Positions 57,170 to 64,000 of a stretch of DNA of 64,000 nucleotides are shown piece by piece. The number at the start of each line of letters is the position of its first letter. Within the stretch, counting starts at the first letter, position 1. The translations under genes were made by a program, and so were the position numbers. Origin of the DNA: Alphaproteobacteria bacterium (GTDB lineage: Bacteria > Pseudomonadota > Alphaproteobacteria > Bin95); assembly GCA_963665325.3 (NCBI GenBank), contig CAXXWS020000002.1, forward strand, positions 896,001 through 960,000, written 5' to 3'. Under the pieces are notes generated by a model. That model saw only the letters and a list, made by a program, of their open reading frames with translations. It had not been told where the DNA came from and searched no databases.

Positions 57170-58358
57170 TTTCTCACAGCCCGTTGAATCGGCGGGATAA
57201 TCGGGGGCTCCTTCGATGCGCAGCCGTGCTGCTGGCCAGGATGGAGGGCTACCGGATTCACACATCCGTTTCAGGTGGCTTCGCGCTGTATGCCCTCATG
57301 CGTCACCCCGGCCACGCCTGCCACCCAATGCCTCCGGGACATGGATTCTCCTGCGAATGGCAATTTTCTTGCCCGTTTCGCGCCGCTAATGACTGGAAGG
57401 AGGCGACAGGAAAACGGGCCGCTGCTTGCGCAGGGCCCGGGATCGAAAGGGGTGGACGATGTCTGTCGGCGGCCCTGGCGGATGGTGGCTGGCGTGCTGG
57501 CTCGGCTCCCGGTGAGGTAGTCACGATGATGGATTTCGGCAGGCAGGGAAAGCGCCGCGAACGCAGGCAAGGGGGGCGGCCCCGGCGGGCCCGGGCGGCG
57601 GAATGACGACTCCGGCGCGCAATGCGGTCCCCGACCCGATCGAGGCCTGGGAAGTGCGGACGCCGGACGGAGCTTCGATCTTCGTAAGGCGCTACGGCAA
57701 CCCCGACGGCGCGGCATTGCTTGTCAACCACGGCAACGGGTTTGCAGTCGACGCCTATTACCCGTTCTGGTCCCGTCTCGCGGACCGTTTCGACATTTTC
57801 GTCCACGACCAGCGCAACCACGGCTGGAATCCGGTCAGCGACCGAATGCTGCACAACATCCCGCAATTCGCGGAAGATACCGAACGCGTCCTTCGGAGCA
57901 TCGGCCTGCGCCTGAAGAGCGCGAAGCCGATAATCGGGATATTTCACTCGGTCTCTTCGGTGGTTGCGCTGCGGCACGCGGTAAATGGCGGCGAGTATTC
58001 GGCGCTTGTCCTGTTCGACCCTCCCATTTGTTCGCCAGGGGGGCAGCCGGAGGATATCGAAAGGGGCGGAGCCCAGTTCAGCGCGGCGACGCTGAAGCGC
58101 AGGCCCAAATTCGAGTCCCCGGACGAACTTGCAGCATCCCTGTCCCGAAACCCCCTGTTCGGGCGGGTGAGCCCCGGGGTCATCGACCTGCTTGCCCGGG
58201 CCAGTGTGCGCCCCTCGGCCGACGGGGTGGGTTGCGAACTCTGCTGCCCGCGCGAATACGAAGCCCAGATCTTCGAGTTTTTCTTCCTCTGGTCGACGAC
58301 CGTCGATCTTGGGCGCATCCCCTGCCCGGTCAAAGTTGTCGGGTCGGACCCCACACTG

Positions 58359-59618
58359 TGGAGTGGGCCCCTGGGGCCGGACAGGCGGCTTGAAATGATT
58401 TGACCGGTGGGTCGGGCATTCGAAGGATCGACGCCCATGGCCAAGCACCGAACCCACCGCACCCACGGCATCGCCTTCAAGCGCCAGGTCGTTCAGGAGT
58501 ATCTCGCCGGCGAGACGCTTCACGGCCTGGCCCGTCGGCACGAGCTCTCCCGCACCCTGATCCGGATCTGGGTGGACAAGTACGAGGCCGGCGCCTTCGA
58601 CGAGGACGCCGAGGCGGCCGACACGATCCAGGAATACGAGGCCCGGATCGCGGCCCTCGAGCGCCTGGTCGGCAAGCAGGCCCTGGAGCTCGAGTTCCTA
58701 AAGGGGGCTCAGCGGCACGGACGACGGCCGAGAAACGCGCCCATGTCCGTCATCACCGGCCCGAAGGCCTCTCCGTCGCCGAAGGATGCCGACTGATGGG
58801 GATCGCGCGCTCCACCTACTACGACAAGCCCAAGAGCTCGGCAGACGACACCGCCCTGGTCGAGGCCATGCACACGATCAAGGACGAGTTCGAGGCCTAC
58901 GGATGGCGCCGCATGCAGGCGGCGCTCAGGCATCGGGGCTGGGTGGTGAACCACAAGAAGATCAAGCGCCTGATGCGCGAGCATGCCCTGCAACCGCCGC
59001 GCCGGCGTCGTTTCGTCGCCACCACCGACAGCGATCACGACGAGCCCGTCTTCCCCGATCGCTCCAGAGACCGCGAGATCGATGGCCCGAACCAGCTCTG
59101 GGTCGCCGATCTGACCTACATCGCGATCCTCGGCGGCTTTGTCTATCTGGCGGCGATCATGGATGCGTGGTCGCGGCGCATCGTGGGTTACGCGGTCGGC
59201 CGACGGATCAATGCCCGGCTGACCGTTGCGGCGCTGGCGACGGCGATCGAGCATCGCAACCCGCTGCCCGGCTGCATCCATCACTCCGATAGAGGCTCGC
59301 AATACGCCGCCCAAGCCTACCGAGCTCTGCTCGACGAACACGGCCTGGTCGGCTCGATGGGCCGGCGTGGCAACCCCTACGACAACGCGATGATGGAAAG
59401 CTTCATGAAGACGCTGAAGGTCGAGGGCGTCTATCCCATGGCCTTCGAGAGTGCGGAAGACGACGCTGAACACCTGCCGCGCTTCATCGACAGCTATAAC
59501 GAGAGACGCCTACACTCCGCCCTCGGATATCTCAGCCCCAACCGTTTCGAAAAGGAACAACCCCGCACCCCGGTCAAATCCGCCGCATGAAACTGTCCGG
59601 CCCCAAGGGCCCACTCCA
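58359..59618 (+). mobile_element. IS3-family insertion sequence
   Basis: 26-bp IRs TGGAGTGGGCCC(C/T)TGGGGCCGGACAG, 3-bp target duplication CTG, orfA/orfB. Confidence 0.94.
58437..59590 (+). CDS. IS3 transposase OrfA (58437-58796) / OrfB (-1 frame, to 59590)
   Basis: HTH OrfA; candidate slippery A AAG GGG at 58700; WVADLTY, HHSDRGSQY, DNAMMESF, RLHSALGY. Confidence 0.92.
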
Positions 59619-59870
59619 CTGCCCTACTCATTCATGCCGAGCATGGACATGGGAGAACTTGTACTTGTCGATTACGATTTCCTGCCTGAGGCCTCCCACC
59701 TGCTCCAACTCGAACAACCGGAGGAATGCGCCGCCCTGACGCTGAAATTCCTCGCGCAGCATGGATTCGGCTGACGGCGGGGCGAACCGGTGGCGCGGCC
59801 AGAGTCCAGGGGCGGCGGCGGTGAGGCAGAGCCGGTGCACTCGCTGTTGCCCGGACGGAGCAACATCCAC

Positions 59871-59975
59871 TTGTCACCCCGGACGGTGCGGAGCGCCGGT
59901 CCGGGGTCCAGCCTGTCGAGGCCCCTGCGGGCTGCGCGGGCAGTGCTGGGTCCCGGATCAAGTCCGGGCCGACAA
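59871..59975. repeat. REP-like palindromic element (GTCACCCCGG...CCGGATCAAGTCCGGG type)
   Basis: TTGTC...GACAA ends, two internal hairpins; resembles common alphaproteobacterial intergenic palindromes. Confidence 0.7.
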
Positions 59976-60788
59976 TTGGAGGGCCGGTGCGACAATGTGG
60001 ACCCGTGGTCGCGGTTATGAGTCTCAACTCAAAACCGCTGGTATCACTCCTCCTGGGAAGGTCCGACCTATTTTGTGGTAGCCTTGGTTGCTGCAAAAGA
60101 AGCAAGCATCATGTTCCATATTTTTTCTGTTTTTTTGATTCTTTCTCTAAACAAAGGGGCCATTCGATCATGCACCACTTCCCGATATCGAGAACAGACT
60201 TCGACATCCCTTGCGCAAGATTCATCTTCCAGAAAAGCCTGTCTTTCTTTTTCTAACGGAAGGAATTTCTGGGCATAATCTCTCATTGTATTACAGTAAC
60301 GCAGAGTTTGTAGATATAACAATTTTTCAAAATGGTCTTTCATCGGGAGTTTGGCACAAGTCTCTGCATTCTGAATAGTTAACTGCAAATTATGCAGAAT
60401 GCAAGGTCTATATTGAGGGTAAAGCTTTAGCTTTAACTCCTTTTTGTTTCCTGTGTAGCTTGGAGATCTTATCAGATGGGATTTATGACTGGTATTTAAT
60501 CCATTTGAAGCTTGGCGATAAGCAAACAAAACCAAGTAATAATATGCATGCAATTCATACTGATCTGAATATTCCGGGTGAGCCATACCTTTAGGGTAAC
60601 TGTCTTGTTGTAGGTTGATCAGGTGTATCACCCGACCGAAAGCATGAAAAGCCTCTTTGTAACTGTGTCTGTCCCATTCTTTGCCATGCTTTGCTCCGTT
60701 CGTGGCAATATATAGAGCCAGCAATTAAGCCGCCGGTACATGGCCATTCTTAGCTGCCACCTCCAACATATTTAAAGCGCGGACATCA

Positions 60789-62028
60789 TGACCTGAGCCC
60801 GTTGGGTCCCTCGTTCATAAGGAAAGTCCTGGTTCTGCATAGCGCATCGTAAATGGGTTGGCACGCGCGCCGGGCGCGGAGCCCTCAGCCAGCTCAAGCG
60901 CGCGGCGCGCATCTGCGGGCGTGTTTCCGTTCAGCGCCGAGTGTGGCCTGACGGTGTTGTAGTCGTGGCGCCAGATGGCGAGCTTGCGCCTTGCGTCGGC
61001 GAGGCTCGCGAAGACCTCCTCGTTCAGCAGCTCATCGCGCAGCCGACCGATGAAGCTCTCGATGTAGGCATTCTGGGTCGGCTTACCCGGCGCGATGTAG
61101 TGCCAGCTCACTCCTGTGCTGTTCTGCCATTCCAGGATTGCACGGCTGGTCAGCTCCGTGCCGTTGTCGCTGACGATGACCGCAGGCTCGCCGTACAGCC
61201 GGATCAGCTTGTCGAGTTCGCGGGCGACGCGCTGGCCCGAGAGCGAGGTGTCGGCGACCAGCGCCAGGCACTCGCGCGTGCAGTCGTCGATCACCGCCAG
61301 GGCGCGGAACCGGCGACCGGGCTCGAACACGTCCGACACGAAGTCGAGCGACCAGCGTTCGCCCGCGCAAAGCGGCGCGTCTTGCGGCGCCCTCGTCCCG
61401 GTTGCCCGCTTGCGGCCGCGGCGGCGCTTCACCGCAAGCCCCTCCTCCTGGTAAAGCCGGCGGAGCTTCTTGTGGTTCATTCTCATCCCCTCGCGCTCGA
61501 GCATGAGCCCGATGCGGCGATAACCGAAGCGCCGGCGTTCGCCCGCGATCTCACGCATGCGAGCCCGGATCTCCGGATTGTCGGGGTCCGGCTCGCGCCG
61601 TACCGTCTTGGGATCGACGCCAACCAGCCGGCAGGCGCGGCGTTGCGACAGCCCATGCCTGGACATCGCCACGAGAGCCGCCTCCCGCCTGCGCCGGGGC
61701 GTCCTCAGCCCTTTCCCAGGAGATCCTTCAGCGCAGCGTTGTCCAGCATCGCATCGGCCAGGAGCCTCTTCAGCCGCGCGTTCTCCGTCTCCAGGCTCTT
61801 CAGCTTGCGCGCGTCCGACACGTCCAAGCCGCCGAGCTTCGCCTTCCACTTGTAGAACGTGTTCTGGCTGATCCCGTGCTTCCGGCAGACCTCTGCCGTC
61901 TTCATGCCGCGTTCCTGATCGGCCAGGATCGCGATGATCTGCTCTTCCGTGAACCTCGATCGTCTCATGTCCGTCTCCTCGGTGACGGACCCTCCTATCA
62001 GACGAGGGACATTTCGGGGCGCAGGTCA
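60789..62028 (-). mobile_element. IS3-family element, IS407 group
   Basis: IRs TGACCTG(C/A)GCCC...GTCCCTCGT, 4-bp target duplication ATCA. Confidence 0.93.
60815..61968 (-). CDS. IS407-group transposase OrfA (61705-61968) / OrfB via -1 frameshift
   Basis: [19 protein letters not shown] slippery site, [27 protein letters not shown]. Confidence 0.93.
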
Positions 62029-62311
62029 ATCATCCCCATCACCGCGCGCTAGCAAACATCTGGCATAACCCATCGCATAGCCACTTGCTGTAGGTGTGTT
62101 TTTGTAAAGACCGGCTGTATCTTCAAAATCACCACAACGAAAAAACCCTCTTTCGTAGTAAGTGGCAACTGCGGCGGGCAGAATGCCGGCCCGTCGCCAG
62201 CGCCGCCGCGGCAAGGCCGGTGAGTGCGGTGCGGATGAGCATGTAATGCCGGCGGCGGTTGGTCGGCCCCGATAGTGAGGGCGCCTATGCCGTCGGCCCG
62301 GTCCTCTACCC

Positions 62312-62417
62312 CCTTATCCCGAGTAGTGGCGCCAGCCGCGTATCGAGGGAGGCGTTTCCGCCGGCGTGCCAGTCCTTCGATACGCCCCCGCTGGCGCGGG
62401 CGCTACTCAGGATGAGG
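62312..62417. repeat. REP-like palindromic element (CCTTATCCCGAGTAG...CTACTCAGGATGAGG type)
   Basis: Outer stem plus inner GCGTATCGAGGGA / TCCTTCGATACGC stem. Confidence 0.75.
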
Positions 62418-62499
62418 AGAGAGCCGGCCGCGCCGAAAGCCGGGCAAGTCGAATTGCGGCTCCGCCAGCCTCGTTCATTCCGTTGCAGGCCGCTTCATC

Positions 62500-62910
62500 C
62501 TATTCCCAGCCGGGCTGGTGTATCTCGATGATCGTGCCCTCGGGGTCCTGGAAGAAGATCTGGTACCAGCCGCCCATGGCCCAGGCGCCATAGTCCGAGA
62601 AGGGGATGCCGAGGTCGGTCAGGCGCTGCTTGACCGCCTCGATGTCGTCGGTGCGAAAAGCGATATGGCCGCGCTCCAGCGGGTTGACGGCATGGCCCAT
62701 GCGGTGCCCGATGCCGAGGTCCTGCGTGGCGAGGTGGAATTCGGTGCGCCCGTCGGTCAGGAACGACACGCCGCCCGAATAGCCCCCGCTCAGGTCCCGG
62801 TTGCCTTCGCGGCCCTCCATGGACTCCATGCCGAAGACCGAGCGGTAGAACTCGTCCAGCCCGGGCACGTTCTTCGTGCAGACATTGATGTGGTGGAGTT
62901 CGATTTTCAT
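62500..62910 (-). CDS. VOC/glyoxalase family protein
   Basis: ELHHIN, FYRSVFG, GHIAFRTDD, IFFQDPEGTIIEI. Confidence 0.9.
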   Translation of the reverse strand: MKIELHHINVCTKNVPGLDEFYRSVFGMESMEGREGNRDLSGGYSGGVSFLTDGRTEFHLATQDLGIGHRMGHAVNPLERGHIAFRTDDIEAVKQRLTDLGIPFSDYGAWAMGGWYQIFFQDPEGTIIEIHQPGWE

Positions 62911-62938
62911 TGCTTTCTCCGAAAGTTGACGCCGGAGC

Positions 62939-63979
62939 CTAAGGCCCCCGGTCCAGAACGGCCATCAGTTCCCGCCATTCGCGCGGGGAGAGGCTGCTGC
63001 CGTCCTGCGTGACCTGTTCGCCCGCGAGCATACGCCGGACGACATCGAGAGCGCCGGCAGAGAGGGACGCCGCGCGGTGCACATAGTCCTGGAAAGCGCG
63101 GTATGTCACCGGAACCCAGCGCTGCACGATCTCGTCGAGGATGAGGTCTGCATAAGCCCGGATTTCGTATTGCGCGTGGCTGTCGGCCCTCAGCGAGAGG
63201 AAGTGCAGCAGGTTGTGCAGGTCGCACTTCCAGTAGAACTGCGTGTAGTAGTTGACCGGCAGGACGGACCGCGCAAGCTCGCGGGCGATTCCGGACCTGT
63301 TTTCCCGGATTTTTTCGCCGTCCTCGTCTTCGTTCAGCAGGTTGCGATAGACACCGTAGGACCGGCTCGAAACCCAGTCGAGGCGGGACAGGGAATCGTG
63401 GACCTCCGCTTGCGTCAGCTGGCCTTCCCGGCCCTGCTTGTTCGTGCCCGACTGGGCGGCGAGCGTGGCTGGCGCCTCGGGCTGCCTCGGTTCGAACAGG
63501 TCCGGCCAGGCTTCCCGCTCGCGGCGCTTGCGATTGCGTTCCTCCAGCAGGGCCTGCAGGTGTTCCGGATCGGGGATGTAGTATTCCCGGTCCATCTTCG
63601 AATATCTGGCCGAGTATTCGTTCACATTCGCCGTGCGGTGGCGGATCCATTGCCGGGCGACGAAGATCGGCAGCTTGATGTGCAGCTTTAGCTCGCACAT
63701 CTCGAACGGCGTGGTGTGACGGTGGCGCAGCAGGTAGCGGATGAGCGCCGCATCGGCCGATCTGCGTTTCGTGCCCTTGCCGTAGGAGACGCGCGCCGCC
63801 TGCACGATGGCATTGTCGCCGCCCATGTAATCGACGACGCGCACGAAGCCGTGGTCGAGCACCCTGAACGGTTCTTCCAGAATTTCCTCAAGCGCCGGCA
63901 CTGTCTCCCGGCGCGTCGGCACCTGCGCGTCTCTTTCCGGGCGGGCCGCGGGTTCGCCGGAGTCCGGAGCGTCGTTCAT
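62939..63979 (-). CDS. thyX: FAD-dependent thymidylate synthase (start uncertain, near window edge)
   Basis: [15 protein letters not shown], ThyX motif [26 protein letters not shown]. Confidence 0.96.
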   Translation of the reverse strand: MNDAPDSGEPAARPERDAQVPTRRETVPALEEILEEPFRVLDHGFVRVVDYMGGDNAIVQAARVSYGKGTKRRSADAALIRYLLRHRHTTPFEMCELKLHIKLPIFVARQWIRHRTANVNEYSARYSKMDREYYIPDPEHLQALLEERNRKRREREAWPDLFEPRQPEAPATLAAQSGTNKQGREGQLTQAEVHDSLSRLDWVSSRSYGVYRNLLNEDEDGEKIRENRSGIARELARSVLPVNYYTQFYWKCDLHNLLHFLSLRADSHAQYEIRAYADLILDEIVQRWVPVTYRAFQDYVHRAASLSAGALDVVRRMLAGEQVTQDGSSLSPREWRELMAVLDRGP

Positions 63980-64000
63980 GGCGTCAGTGTCGCCCAAACC

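Larger units (their letters stand above)
57603..59774 (+). pseudogene. Alpha/beta hydrolase split by an IS3-family element
   Basis: 57603-58358 and 59622-59774 join in frame (...GSDPTL|PYSFMPS...) to about 302 aa; HGNG, DQRNHG, FHSVS, ASHLL. Confidence 0.88.
60068..62242 (-). pseudogene. AT-rich secreted Sel1-like protein with three lesions (frameshift, IS insertion, nonsense)
   Basis: Reconstructs to about 309 aa: extra G at 62190-62192, IS at 60789-62028, in-frame TAA at 60725-60727; YARCLL...RALNMLEVAAKNGHVPAA*LLA. Confidence 0.72.

Noticed and set aside
60725-60727. Programmed readthrough or alternative genetic code at the in-frame stop
   Set aside because: The stop is TAA, not TGA/TAG, and the gene has two other lesions; simple pseudogenisation or sequence error is more parsimonious.

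Overview
High-GC alphaproteobacterial chromosome segment (GC roughly two-thirds or more by eye; gene order and protein types fit a Rhodospirillales-like organism). It is mostly housekeeping and catabolic genes: gatCAB, ygfZ, pyrC, typA, an F420 block (npdG-cofE-cofD) coupled to plsY-dprA-topA-rnr, a BMP-type nucleoside ABC transporter, leuB, a UbiD-family gene, msrP, cysQ, tsaC, asd, a MetE-like gene and thyX. Three intact-looking IS elements (one IS21, two IS3-family) have readable inverted repeats and target-site duplications, and both IS3 elements disrupt genes. The signal not explained by ordinary annotation is a cassette present twice in opposite orientations (39.5-40.6 kb + and 56.4-57.2 kb -). 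Each copy has a promoter-like motif, a ~200-nt homologous structured leader, an unrelated cargo ORF and a 10-bp-periodic CATGAC array. Also notable: an AT-rich foreign gene whose signal peptide uses host-type codons, lying between two REP-like palindromes; a 32-aa insertion in ThyX; and a possible leuB-asd inversion. No rRNA, tRNA or CRISPR array was seen. All calls are by eye and by motif recognition; no database searches were run.
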